DNA from: Eledone cirrhosa
Taxonomy: Eukaryota
DNA length: 64,000 nt
Assembly (NCBI GenBank): GCA_964016885.1
Contig: OZ024740.1
Coordinates: 127,286,001-127,350,000 of the forward strand
Direction of reading: 5' to 3'
Positions 29,401-53,071 of this stretch are shown in pieces. Positions within the stretch are counted from its first letter, which is position 1, and every line of letters starts with the position of its first letter. A program made the position numbers and the translations under genes. The notes below the pieces were generated by a model. The model had not been told where the DNA came from, did not search any database, and worked only from the letters and a program-made list of their open reading frames with translations.

Positions 29401-30756
29401 CTACAACTCCGATCTGTTTCATTGATACTGCTAAATACATTAAAAAAAAACAGAATATTAAATCATTCCAGAATATCTTGCTTGTATCATTTTACTCTAA
29501 TTGAACAGCTGTCAAATCTGAACTGATATTATAATATGCAAGCATGAATATTAAAATACATCACATTCCTTCGTTATATTCGAATTTTCATTGAATTGAA
29601 ATATATGTAAAGGAGGGGAAATTATAAAATCTTTTGTTTCCTGTTTTCTCTAAATATCCCTTTAGAAATCATTAATGTAAAATCGAATGTTGGGCATATA
29701 CGCACAAAAAATAATTTTAATATATTGAAACGGACAGCATTTAAGTGGGTAAAATAATCTTTATGCAAACCTTGCTCTTTCAGTTACCTTACTTTCTCTT
29801 CTTTTTATATTCCCCCTTTCTCTATTATAATATAATATTCGAAATGCTTTCTTCTATAAATGCTTATACATTTACGATATAATATTTCCGGTTAATTCCG
29901 TTAATAAACCGGCGTTCGTGGTGTCATTATAATATTTCCCTATATATCATATTTGAAATTATTCATGCAACATAACTAGTTACCACTTATTATACGACAC
30001 ATTAGATTTTCTTTGATAAATTCCCTTTAATTCTTTATTATCGTTTTTGACGTTTGATTTCCATCTTTCTACATTCCAAGCTCAAAGTTTTCATTCTAAG
30101 TAGCATTGAATGTCTACGTAAAACGCATTCTATCAAAGAATATATTAAATATGTTGGCCACTACATTAGTGCATATATATAACAGATTTAAGCATCAAAT
30201 GTTTTAAAAGTGTGTTTCTTCTTATATATGACATTTTCCAAACAGCAACTATTATATTTGAATTGTATTTCTCGAAATAACTAAAACCAAAACACATTTT
30301 CTATAACAAATATAATACCACATCTACAGATGTTTCCAGTATACAAGGTGTTTGGATATATTGATTAACTCAAGAACATAATTCAATATTTGTGAGGTGA
30401 TACCGTTCAACAAATCCCAGTAACAATGGACATATCATCTTTCCTGGTGTGTCATGTTTGATGTACTTAGAAATAACTAGAGATTATTCAGAATGGTAAT
30501 ATGGTAATGTAATTAGAAGCAAAAGATTACTGGAGCCGATTTAGTAACTTACACATTTCTTTGGCCAAATTACAACAGCCACTTAGGGCGAGTGCAAATC
30601 GATGCATTTATTGAACAGTATATATATCGTAACACACACTAACAAATCGATGCATTTATTGAACAGTATATATACCATACTACACCCACTAACAAAGACA
30701 TATTTAAACACACGTACACTCAAACGCACTCACGCGCGTGCACCCCCCACCCACAC

Positions 30757-30794
<38 letters not shown>

Positions 30795-31184
30795 TAATTA
30801 CCGTGAAGACAGATGTCATGGCTACTGCACAATACGTATTCTGTGACACCAGTATTCAACAGTTATGAGATCATAACAGCTGATGATGGCCCAGCGATGC
30901 CTGTTGCTACTGTAATGATTGCATAAGTATTTTACACCGGGCTCATGGAAACATCGTTTATATAATAAATATGGTTATGTAACCATAACAGCTGTTATAA
31001 ACTTAATTCATACAAAAATCTCAGTCGCGTTTCATCATCATCGTAATGCTGGTTATATGCAACTGACGTACAGTGAGTTTACCTGCATACACTGTTCATC
31101 AACGGATAAACAGCTTAGTAATATATGCTATTCTATACAGATATAGAAACATATATCTAAAAAGTCTAAAGTCTGTCTTAAGCC

Positions 31185-31433
31185 AGAAGGCACATTTGGC
31201 CGGTGTATATCCCGGTTTCATGGTGTGAAACGACTGAGAGTACAAGAGTTTCCCATGGACAGGACGCCAGCCCGTCACAGGGTTAAACCCCCAGATATTG
31301 CTGATACTGATTTTCAGCTGAGTACACGGGAGCAACGTGAAATGAAGTGTTTTGCTCAAGAACACAACATGCAACCGAGGAATCAAACACACAATATTAT
31401 GATCGGAAATCGAACACGCGTACCACTAGGCCA
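31185..31433 (-). mobile_element. SINE family 2 copy
   Basis: Reverse complement begins tggcctagtgg (A box), followed by the core gtgttcttgagcaaaacactt. Confidence 0.7.
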
Positions 31434-31440
31434 CATACAC

Positions 31441-38667
<7,227 letters not shown>

Positions 38668-39557
38668 CAGTCTGCGGACGATATTTGTTCGCAAGATTAC
38701 TCTCTAGGAGAGAGTAACACAGTAGTTTTATTTTTTAAGATATATTTATGAAACTTGGGTTAGTTTGTCTTCATGACTTCTTCTTTCTCTATCACACAAT
38801 AAACCCGCCATTGGCTTTGATAACGGCCTCAAGGCGGCCTCGGAACCGGCTACAGGCCTTCGTCACTGTCCCCCAATTTAGGCCCCTAAAGGGACTTGTG
38901 ATGCTGGCCTTCAGATCGCCTTTCGTATTGCAGCTAGATCTGTTGGTGTCTCGTTCCACGGCGCCCCACACAAAGAAATCGAGGAAGTTGCAGTCAGGCG
39001 AGCTGTGAGGCCAGTTTTCAGGTGAAGTGTGGTCGACGAAGTTCTCTGACAGCCAGGTTTGGGTCTTTCGGCAGGTATGGCAGGGCGCTGAGTCTTGCTG
39101 CCACATATACGGCCTACCTGCAGCTACCTGGTCGATCCAGGGCTTTATTACCTCGCTCAGAACGCGGATGTAGCCATCGGTGTTCAGCTTGAGGCCCTCA
39201 CGGAAGAAAAGAACTCGGGCTTTCTGAAGGCGTCAGATCGTCGATCATGTGTTTTGCTCTCTGATGTTGCTTCGTAGTCGAATCCTGAATCTTCCAATTC
39301 CTTTCTGACCTTTTCCACCAATCTCCTTCTGACGCTGAGAAAGTCTGAAATTTCCTTATCTGTCCTCCCGGCGCGGATTCCAAGAAGAACTCCATGTCTC
39401 TTCCACATATCTGGCGGTTCAAAATTATTCATAATCAATTATTCTGAAAATAAATAATGGAAATATAGTCACTGTTTTTATGAAGACAAGAGTGACAATG
39501 GAAGTAAAAAAAAATGTGCATAATATAAGTAGTTGAAAATTGCGAACAAATATCGTC
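38668..39557 (-). mobile_element. Internally deleted Tc1/mariner-superfamily transposon, DD37D (maT-like)
   Basis: TIR cagtctgcggacgatatttgttcgcaa at 38668 and a partial inverted copy ttgcgaacaaatatcgtc at 39540-57. ORF 38792..39106 has QQD-x37-D (WPHSSPDCNFLDFFVW). An N-terminal HTH fragment lies at 39184..39438. Confidence 0.88.
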
Positions 39558-39585
39558 AAACACACACACAAACACGCACACACAC

Positions 39586-39619
<34 letters not shown>

Positions 39620-39620
39620 T

Positions 39621-39694
<74 letters not shown>

Positions 39695-39725
39695 ACAAAA
39701 GAAAATTTCGCTCTACATGGCTGAA

Positions 39726-40508
39726 TACAATAAATATAATCTGAGTTGTTCGAATATTATTAACATTCGATTAGTTTGCAATTATGCAAACAAGCCTCAA
39801 TTATATAGCCATGTCAGTAGAATGAAAACTTCATTCTTGCTCTTATGTTGGCATTCGAACAGAACTGCAGACACTACTGTTCCTTCATCAGTAGAGCTCA
39901 CCGTAAACCTGCCAAACTGTCAGAGCTAGTAAAAATATATGCTATTTTCAAAAATACACAGTGACTGAACGGCCTGATTTGCATATTAACAGACTGGCTG
40001 ATCAGTCAGATCTACTTACTAGCAGATCCACTGTTCAGCCAGATTTGCATATCAGCAGACTGGCCAGTCAGTTTCCTGTATACGAGCGATAAATGTCCGG
40101 CTTTGCCAAATTCAAATAAAAAAAGAACATTTCCCTCTACATGGATGAATACAATAGTCTGCAATTCTGTCTGCTGATATGCAAATCTGGCTGATCAGGG
40201 GATTTGCTAATATGCAAATATTCAGAACTGACTGATCAGCCAGTCTGCTAATAAGCAATGCAGGCCGATCAGTGTATTTTTGAAAATAGCATATATTTTC
40301 ACTCGCTATGGCAGTTTGGCAGGTGAAAAGTGAGCTGTACTGATGAAGGGTGATACCCAGAAACATTAGTGTCTGTTCGCATGCCAACAGAAAGCAAGAA
40401 TGAAGTGTTCATTCTACTGACATGGCTATACAATTGAGGCTTTTTTGCATAATTGCAAACGAATCGAATATCATTAATATTCGAAAACCTCAGATTACAT
40501 TTATTATA
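39726..40508. mobile_element. ~780-bp foldback / MITE-like element with ~340-bp diverged inverted arms
   Basis: Left arm ataatctgag..gccatgtcagtagaatgaa..gctattttcaaaaatacac mirrors right arm gtgtatttttgaaaatagc..ttcattctactgacatggc..ctcagatta. Confidence 0.85.
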
Positions 40509-40512
40509 TATA

Positions 40513-41403
40513 CGAGGTGGGTCAGAAAAATTCCAGGACTGATGTCACAAAAGATTGATTTCAAATCCAAACTTCACACTAAAAGTTTTCTCCTTCAAAG
40601 TAATCCCCCTGGAATATGTAACTATAATCGTAGCTCTCTGCAGCGATCAAACTTTTTTCTTCATATTTTTATATACATGTCCTCTGTTTCAGATCGTCAA
40701 GCAATGACCACAGAGCAACGCGCAAAGTTGAAAACTCCGTCAGCAGCACTGGGATTGCTGCAGCAAGTTTATGGAGATGAGACGATGTCACGCTCACATG
40801 TTTTTTAGTGGTGCAAGAGGTTTAAGGAAGGATGCGAGGACGTGGAAGATGACCCCAAGAGGGGAATGCCCTCAACAACCTGGACTGAGGTCAACGTATA
40901 GCGCGTCAGGGAGGTGGTGCGTAGCGATCGTCGACTGACTGTTCGAATGATGGGAAATGAGCTGGGCATGCATCGGGACAGCGTCTGGAAGATTCTCCCT
41001 GAAGACATGCACAAAGTCTGCGCGAAGATGGTGCCAAAACTGCTGAACGATGATCAGAAGGGTCGACGCATGCAAGTGTGCCAGGACATCCTCGAGCGTC
41101 TTGAAACCGAACCAGACTTACTAGGGACAGTCATCACCGGTGATGAGTCGTGGATCTTCGAGTATGACCAGGAGAGGAGCCGTTTTGAAGAGGTGGACGA
41201 CGACAAAAATGCGGTGATGACGGAACTGCGGAGGATCCCGGAAGAATCCTTCAAGGAGTGCATGCAAGCGTGGCAGAAAAAGGATGGAAAAGTGCATTAG
41301 ACTCCAGGGGAATTACTTTGAAGGAGAAAACTCTTAGTGTGAAGTTTGTGTTTGAAATAAATCTTTTGTGACATCAGTCCTGGAACTTTTCTGACCCATC
41401 TCG
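40513..41403 (+). mobile_element. Internally deleted mariner transposon
   Basis: ~45-bp TIRs (cgaggtgggtcagaaaaattccaggactgatgtcacaaaagatt / aatcttttgtgacatcagtcctggaactttttctgacccatctcg) with TA on both sides. Transposase remnants CAKMVPKLL and VITGDESWIFEYD are fused directly to the C-terminus. Confidence 0.92.
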
Positions 41404-42102
41404 TATGTAAGTAAACAGAAACAAAGCTATAAGTTTGCATCATTTTTCGATATCAATCAACTGAATGCACTATATTCCAGCCAACGATTAACTTGACGTA
41501 TATGAAATCTGTGTTTTCAATCCTCTATCCCTTACCTCTTACTTACTTTAACTCTAACTCATATCCCCCTTCTCCCTCGCGTGGACAGATACCTCAAATG
41601 CCTTTCTATCCACTCCTCTGAGAAACGATTATTTCCAATGTATCCGGCTGGATCTCGAAACCAGATCATGTGTCATATCGAACTATCTTCCCCAGGGTCA
41701 CTCCTAGTCGGTCTCCTACCGGTTGGTTTCTCACGTAATATTGTGTCCAGCGATTTTTTTTCCTGAAACATTCTAACCACACACCGATAAATTCAAAGTA
41801 GCTGCTCTACTTTTCACACTTAAACGCCTCTTGCATTATCTCTCGCTTTAATTATTCATTATTTTATTATTTGGTTATCATATTGTATCATCTTTGTATT
41901 TCATTACATTATTTTTCAGAAGTTTGCGATCATTGTTCTATCGATTTCTTCCTTTCTTAACACCCGCATGTTCTTCATTTACAATCAAGAGAATCACACA
42001 AGTTTTTCTTCAACAAGTATTTCCATCTCAGCCGCTCACAGGCTAGGTTGAATGCATGCAGCTCTCATCTGGGACAGTTGATGTAATTGATACAATTAAT
42101 AT

Positions 42103-42285
42103 TAAGTAAATATCTTTAATTCGTTTGGAAGCCTCGACAATGAAAATGGGTAAATCTCCGGGTAACAAGGTCCGGTGGTGGAGAGAGAGATGTAAGTGGG
42201 TCTTCTCCACCACCGGACCTTGTTACCCGGAGATTTAGCCATTTGCATTGTCGAGGCTTCCAAACGACTTAAAGATATTTACTTA
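42103..42285. repeat. ~183-bp inverted repeat bracketed by a 16-bp direct repeat
   Basis: Arms of ~83 bp (taagtaaatatcttt...ggtccggtggtggaga / tctccaccaccggacc...aaagatatttactta). caattaatattaagta occurs at 42093 and 42320. Confidence 0.85.
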
Positions 42286-42345
42286 TTGTTCCACAATGCT
42301 TCAAGCAAACTTCAATACTCAATTAATATTAAGTATTCTGCTGAA

Positions 42346-42402
<57 letters not shown>

Positions 42403-42989
42403 GACAATGTGGTTGTACCTCTCATTTTGGTTGTGGCTGCATTGGTTAATGTAGCTGTGAATGATGGGACTGCAGATGTAGGGATATATTGTTTTTCCCT
42501 CTATCCAACAATGACTAGCTGTCGCTGTGTCGTTGTTATTGTTGCTGTTGGTCCTGTTGGCATGGCATTCGAGTTGAGGAGGATAGAGGAATTATTGGTC
42601 ATGATGTTAGAGGCGTTAGATTTGTCCTAAGGAAGGTGACATATCTTGGGGAGGTTTACACAGCTAGTGTTGGCTTTGTTATGGGTCGTTGCCAACGTCA
42701 TCGAAGTGTTGGTCGTGGTTGCTGACTGATGTTGGTTTTGTTGCTGTTGCCACTATTCTAACCGCTATCGTTATGGTCGGTGTTGTTGTGGGTACTGCTT
42801 TTGTTATTGTTGCTGAACATTCTACCGTTGTCGTTGTTGAACTGGGATTCCAGAAGCCCCGATGCAGCTTAACAGTACGCATTGATATATAATACAGCAG
42901 ACCACTTGCCCTGTATACTAGAGATTTGAAGCTTCCCACCCTTCCTCTGAAGGAGTACGGAATAAAAGAAAATGAGAAGGCTTGACTTC

Positions 42990-43190
42990 CGATCGTAATG
43001 TCGTATGGTTTCGTGTTGTGCTCTTCATCAAAACATTTTATTTCACGCTGCTACAGTACACTTACCTTTGATTGAATATCAGCACTAGCTGGGTGGTTAA
43101 ACCTGAGATAGCCTGGTGACCTCTCCAGGGAGAGTCTTGCACTCTCAGTCACGTAACGCTAAGGTAACTTAGGATAAGAACTGGCCTGAT
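42990..43190 (+). mobile_element. Diverged SINE family 2 copy
   Basis: gtgttgtgctcttcatcaaaacattttatttcacgctgct...actctcagtcacg resembles the family-2 core and body. Confidence 0.5.
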
Positions 43191-44483
43191 TATACGTGAG
43201 TTTAGAACATAAATTAACTAATCCTCTATGGGGATATCAAATTTACCTTGGAAACACGACCTTGCCTATCACCATACTCTTGCTGTAGTTATTGACGTGC
43301 AGTTCTGATGAGCTGCTGATGCAGATGTAGGCCCCAGCAAACATGATCACACCTAGAGTTGATCGATATCGAAATAATTATCATATATAAAGAAAGAGTA
43401 TATATGAGGTAAACTTGAGACTTTGGTCCGGCGTACGTCTATTTACACGTCTATTTATAGATTAGAGCTACACTTAGCCCCTAGTTACACGGAAGTATAA
43501 ACCCTGTACGTGACTGATATTTGAAACTGCATCGAGCGCTCTGACTGGTTCGCCAAACGTAACTATCCCTACACACCTACATGCTATATATATATATTGG
43601 GAGTTTTGTTAACATCGGGATGAAAGTGAGAGCCAGCTATAGATGGAGGTTTAACCCTGCCATAGACTGGTCTACTGTCCAAGGGAGAATATGTTACTCT
43701 TTCCCATCATACACCATAGGCTTGCGTTCACAAAGCATAACTATTTTCTTCCCAACTCTTATAAATATATAATGATTTATATAAAAATAAATACATTCGC
43801 AGACTTTTTTCTTCACATTTTCAGGTTTTATGCTAATTAACGTGATTTTATTTTTACGAAATAAAAGCAACATTTCAAACCTCCAAAAGTGATATTATAA
43901 ATCTTACATAACATTTTGGTATGGCGCTTGATATGTAGTTTTGAGTCGCTCATGCAGCTATATATATAAATTCTCCAGTCAAGAAGTAAATCGGTATTAG
44001 ATGTGATCACTAAAATAAGCGTACACTTTGTGTATTTTATCTCACGCTCTCTCCTTAACTGTCATACTTGTACTCATCGTATTTACTTGATTCATATTAT
44101 TTATTTATCCCACATCTATTTATATATTATCGAATTCCAATCTCTCTTTATCCTACTTAGTGTTGTATATAGTCTAATAGATTTTGTGAATATTTTTCGA
44201 TTGAAGTGTTGAAATTTCTTCAGAAACCATGCAATCTTATTCGATTGTCACTTGCACGTATATATTTAATTTAGTTTAAAGTAAAAGCTTAAAGATAATG
44301 GCTAAGAAATACATCATATTACATGGGAAGTTTTTTTAAAGCCAATCCCCTGTCACAGCTAATATGCTTGACGTGAGTTCACCATCACTACCACCTCATA
44401 TTTCTCTGTGTATTCCACTGCTTCTTTCCAGTTCAATATTTCTTACTCCTTTTCTCGCTCTTTATATATGTATGCATATAAAT

Positions 44484-44557
<74 letters not shown>

Positions 44558-44559
44558 TA

Positions 44560-47598
<3,039 letters not shown>

Positions 47599-47659
47599 TA
47601 TATATGTATGTATATATATATATATATATATATATACATACATACATGCACCACACATA

Positions 47660-49025
47660 CACATCAATAGGCATACTAATAGGTGCAAACCAGCAAATAG
47701 AGTCAGACGTAGAGAGTACATATTGTATAACTCCGTGTACAATATTTCTATTAGCACTAAGATTATCTCAGAATTCTATACACTAATCAATAAAAACTTT
47801 ACAACTTCACATAAATACTATAAAATCTTTAACTCGCGCACCATTAGACTCTCATACTCCACTGCACCTAACATAGAACAACTAATTAAAAAACTCAACT
47901 CAGCAATACTAAATAAATACATCCCTAATGACTCAGCGCACCAGCATAGCAACATACAACGCACTAACACGCAGCTACAACCCCACCAAACTATCCAGGA
48001 TACTACTACAAAACATAAAAATAATTGTAACTGCACCAAACCAGGTATGTGCCCACTGAATAACCAGTGCCTAGCACGCAATATTGTCTAACGATGTACA
48101 ATAAATTTCGGAACCAACAAATGGTATTACGTCGGATGTACCGCAACTTCTTTCAAAGCTCGCCTATACCAACATCGATCTTCGATCAAGCACGAGAAAA
48201 TGCGCTCCGTAACAACCCTCGCCGATAAAGCCTGGCAGCTCCGGAGGAACAATCAAACATTCTCCCTTGATTGGCAAATTATTTCAGCTGCGCCCGCATA
48301 TCATCAAAATCATCGATTCTGTAAATTATGCAATATGGAGAGATACTGCATTTTAACGTCGGTAAACACACTTTTGAACAGCAAAATTGAACGTTCACTG
48401 TACTGTAAACATCGTTTGAAAACGACTTTTTCTTTTTTTAAATGCATATAATGTTACCTTTTTACACCACCGTTCGCAAATTTCTGTTTTATATGTTTAT
48501 ACACAGGATATGGCTTTCTATAATAATAGTACTAAACACTGTTTTCTGGACCCCTTTAGAAATAACCTGCTACTATAATAGCCCCAACAACTTGTCTGTA
48601 ACTCTGTACCACTTTGACCCCTTTAACTAAATTTTGTCCAAACAACACCACTAGAAGCATTTACTTCCCCCACCAACCCTAACACGCCTCATTAAGCTAA
48701 CTGCTGCCAAAACATTCTCTCCGTACAATCTCTACTAGTCTGACAGTCTTAAATCCTAGGACTCCCTCCCCCTTACACACTTCCCTCTTCCCCTTCTCTT
48801 CCTACCTCCTTCTTTCTCTTTTATCTAGTGTATAAAATATTTTCATATCATTCCAATTCAAAGGTCTGACGACATGGTGTGTTTGCTTACAGTGTAGCTT
48901 CGGTTTATGATAATATTTTTATATTATTCAAATAGCGAGGTATAGGTAATCCATACACTATAGAAACAATTGTTACCTAATAAATTCTTTATACCCGCAT
49001 TTCCGTTTCATAAACTTCTTCTCCA
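47660..49025 (+). mobile_element. 5'-truncated Penelope-like element (Naiad-like): GIY-YIG + 3' pLTR with HHR
   Basis: CNCTKPGMCPLNNQCLARNIV*RCTI..YYVGCTATSFKARLYQH..FCKLCNMERY..CKHR. HHR at 48862-48978. Microsatellite flanks. Confidence 0.85.
48862..48978 (+). ncRNA. Type I hammerhead ribozyme at the PLE 3' end
   Basis: Stem I aggt/acct; core CTGACGA; stem II atggtgtgt/atacactat; GAAA; palindromic stem III acaattgt; GTT triplet. Confidence 0.75.
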
Positions 49026-49060
49026 TATACATACATATAAAAATGATACAATATATATAT

Positions 49061-49105
<45 letters not shown>

Positions 49106-49395
49106 AAAGTATGTCTATAGAATCATTTGATAAAATATATACGTCATTTCCTCTCCCAATCACCATAATCAACCACACAAAAAAACAATTAAACAACGCT
49201 ATAAAACTAAAAGGCACCTATAAAGAATTAATAGATAAATAAACGACAGCTATCTATCCGCGATCAACAGCTATAGAATATTTACCCACCATTTCTAATA
49301 GCACGTTCAAATCGATTAAATATACCGTCAACCATACACAATTAGGTATAAAATCAAAGTTAGAAGAAACAATGTATATAAGCATACCAAAATTA

Positions 49396-49480
49396 TGTTT
49401 CTACCGCACGAGATTTCATAAGCTTTTTGGAAATATCAGATCAAGGATAAATTCACGAGTTTCGAAATCATCAGGAAACA
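49396..49480 (-). ncRNA. Partly decayed type I hammerhead ribozyme
   Basis: Minus strand: tgtttc CTGATGA ...GAAA tctcgtgcgg TA gaaaca. Stem I is 6 bp; stems II and III are poorly paired. Confidence 0.5.
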
Positions 49481-49704
49481 AACTCACTTGGACGAAGATT
49501 TTTCTTAAATGATCCCCGCCAGAAACGAATTCAAGATGGCTAAGAACTGTGACGTGGCAGTTGAAGTCAGAAAGAATGTGATTGGTACCTTACGGCGAGT
49601 GGGCTGGTTGCTAGAAAGCGCAGCCTTATACTGCCTAAATTGCATCTCAACGATATGGGAGATTATCAAATATAAAGATTTACATATACATAAAGTAGAC
49701 AAAG

Positions 49705-49746
<42 letters not shown>

Positions 49747-49952
49747 TTTTGGCGACCATTCACGATGTGGCTCAATGACGAATTAATTAATTAAATAATC
49801 AACAAAAAACCAATTAAACAAGGTTATAAGAATGTGATTGGTGCCTTACATATATACACATACATATAGAGATGATACAATATATATATATATAAGATCC
49901 CGTTAAGGGTGAAAGCAGCGATTCTTTGCTTAAACTTTAATCTTTTATTTTA

Positions 49953-49993
<41 letters not shown>

Positions 49994-50309
49994 TATATAT
50001 ATATATATATATACACACAGTCCTAGAGTAAACCCATCTTAAAAAGAGTGATGGAGATAGGAGAGGAGAAGAGAGAGTAGTGAAGGTGTTAGAACCCTAA
50101 AGCGTAAAGGCACGTGCTACATGTGCAATATGCAGTGGAAGGCAGCTAGAGGGCTGCCTTCATGCAGAGATTAGGTGCACAGAGCTGGAAATATTCATTA
50201 GTTAAGTAAAACAAGACCACATAATTCAACACAGTTGAATTTTAATGTAAGGAATAAGGACTGTAATTATAGTTTAATGTAAGGAATAATAATAATAATA
50301 ATTATGTCC

Positions 50310-50430
50310 GTTTACAATTGTTTCGCTACTCCATATAATGTTTCTGGATCAAATGATTATAGATCATTATTGATCTCGTTCAGATGAAGATAAGTAACTT
50401 AGGTAATATTGTGGAGCAGCTCTTCAGAAC
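50310..50430 (-). ncRNA. Type I hammerhead ribozyme (intact core) in the inverted pLTR
   Basis: Minus strand: gtt CTGAAGA gctgctcca...tggagtagc GAAA caattg TA aac. Confidence 0.8.
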
Positions 50431-52619
50431 TTGAAATGGCATTATGAAAGTATTGATAAAGATAACATGGAATAAGGAATATAAAATAAAGTAAGATAGT
50501 TACATGAATATAGTGACAGTTACTACGCTTTAATAACCCCGGCACTGCTTAACAAAGCATTAGCCCTAGCTAGCACCAACTCTGACATAACTAATAATGA
50601 GATTGACATCATACTTATGACTAGGCAGACCATTATTGAGTTCGACGGCTCATTCTGGACTAGAAAGGACAGAACAGACAATTTCGACATCAGAACGGGC
50701 TCAAGCGACTCTGCGCAATCACTAATTTAGTTGGAATCTACCTATTACATAACATTAGGGCTGAGATCCAACCCTTGCAAGGCGGAATATATAAGGACGA
50801 CGCCATATTTGCAGTCCACAATTGCACTAATCGAGGCATTGACTTGCTCAAAAAACAATTGCATAGATTTTTTTTTTAATAACGGACTCTCTATCACCAT
50901 TGAACCTAACCATAAGGTAGTAAATTTCCTGGACGTTACCCTAGATCTTAACAACAACTTATATTACCCTTATAATAAACCAGGTGAAATACTTACATAT
51001 ATTAGCCCGCACTCTAACCACCCACCGGCAGTCATCAGAGCAGTCATTAAATCTATCTCTTATAGGATCTCCATGCTATCCGCATATGAGAAGATATTTA
51101 TGAACCACGCGGCATATTATAATAAGGCCCTTTCTGAATCTGGTTATGAACAGTCCATTTACTACATACCTAAATGCCATAACATAGAACTTCACCACAA
51201 CCATAATAAATTTAACACTAGAACTAGAAATACATTAGCCCGTAGCCAGATACGCCGGAAATTTAGCATTAACAACACCTATACAGGGAACCATAATGGT
51301 GGCAGAGGCCTACATCCCATTCCTGGTAGGAGAATCTGAATCAACCCTAGAATAGTAATGAAGGCCCTCGCCAACTCTACTAGAACCCCTAGAAGTAATA
51401 GGCCCCGAAACATCACCTGGCTTATTAAGCCACTAATATCCCTCTAATTTAGCCACTAATATCCCTAAACGCTTCTTCTCTATCCTATCTACCCCCCCCC
51501 CCCCCCCAACCATAGATATTACAAACTCTTTGATAAAAACAACATTGAAATCTCATTCTTAACGACACCGAACCTAGCTAGCCACATCGCATTCAGTAAC
51601 CATCATACACTAAACAAATATAACTCCCACACCGCGGTACCCCCCCCCCCCTCCTCAAATACACCACGCCACTACACCAATACTTACTCTAGTAGCATAC
51701 CTCCCCCCTCTAATTATATTAGTACACACTAGCCGCATATTTTAAACAACCCTAACCTTACTAACCGCAACAGTAATTGCAACTGTCGTTACGCTAATGC
51801 ATGCCCACTTAACGGACAATGCCTTACCCCAAATATAGTATATAGGTGCACAGTTAAAACGGCATCACATACTAGCTCCTATATTGGCTCTACCTCTAAC
51901 CATTTTAAGGTACGCTATAACGCGCACTCATTTTCCTTCCGAGACCCTAACAATAGATGTTCAACATCTCTAGCTAGTCTCATTAAAAACCTTAGATTAA
52001 CCAACGTTGAACACTCTCTAACATGGGATATCTTGGTTAGATCCCCAGCGTTCAATGGATGAAAACTGTTGTGATCTCTGTCTTACCGAGGCCTATTATG
52101 TAACTCTGTCACAACCACAACCTATTAACGATAGAAATGAGGTAACTATTAACTGTCACCATCGAAGGGCAAATTCCTTCGCCAACAGAATATTCGACCC
52201 AACATAGTCATCACATCTCGCTATTACATATAGCTAGCATGTTAAATATTTAACCCAGACATGCATAATTATAAGTTACCTCCTCTACATTGTCTCTCAT
52301 TTAAGCTCATTAGCACTTCTTAGCTATAAATCACCTATGATTTTAACTTCCCAAGGAGTTCTCTCCCTCGAAAACCGTCTCTAATTGGTATGGTAAATTT
52401 TATGAAGTGGCCATATTGTTACGCATAGGCAGATCTTGCTTAATACAGCCTCGACAGAAGCGTAATGCTTGCTTATAGCAGACACTAGACATATCCAGGA
52501 CCCCTTTCGTGAAATACTAATGTATGGAACATTACATTCATGTAACCATCTTACTCTACTTTATTTTATATTCCTTATTCCATCTTATCTTTATCTATAT
52601 TTTCATTATCTCATTTGAA

Positions 52620-52740
52620 GTTCTGAAGAGCTGCTCCATAATATTACCTAAGTTACTTATCTTAATCTGAACCAGATCAATAATGATCTATAATCAATTG
52701 ATCAAGAAACATTACATGGAGTAGCCAAACAATTGTAAAC
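52620..52740 (+). ncRNA. Hammerhead ribozyme copy with a G12>C mutation
   Basis: gtt CTGAAGA gctgctccat...atggagtagc CAAA caattg TA aac. Same ribozyme as 50310-50430, but GAAA reads CAAA (52726). Confidence 0.7.
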
Positions 52741-52747
52741 GGACATT

Positions 52748-52927
52748 TGGATTGGCAGTATCGGTAGAGGGTCGGACGCCATGCTTTCCAGCATAGTTAC
52801 GTCCCTTTACGATCTGAGTTCAAATCCCGCCGAGGTAGACGTTGCCTTTCATCCTTACGGGGTCGATAAAATAAAGTACCAGTAATGCACTGGATAATTG
52901 CTGGCCTTGTGCCTAAAGTAGAAACAA
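52748..52927 (+). mobile_element. SINE family 1 copy inserted in the PLE 3' end
   Basis: Close match to 4985-5200 (tggattggcagtatcggtagagggtcgg...gagttcaaatccc...gcctttcatccttacggggtcgataaaataaagtacc). Confidence 0.8.
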
Positions 52928-52992
52928 TTATTATTATTCCTTACATTAAAATGCAACTATGTTGAATTTTGTGGTCCTGTTTTGCTTAACTA

Positions 52993-53071
<79 letters not shown>

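Larger units (their letters stand above)
50195..52996 (+). mobile_element. Penelope-like element (Naiad-like) with an inverted copy of its 3' end at the 5' side
   Basis: RT remnants FDIRTGSSDSAQ, GGIYKDDAIF, VNFLDVTLDL and SNHPP; NCNCRYANACPLNGQCL..IVY..YIGST (GIY-YIG). 50195-50510 is the reverse complement of 52536-52996 minus a SINE. Confidence 0.88.

Noticed and set aside
43300-43390. Hammerhead at ctgatgagctg...cagcaaac
   Set aside because: G12 is missing and there is no stem I partner; compatible with chance.
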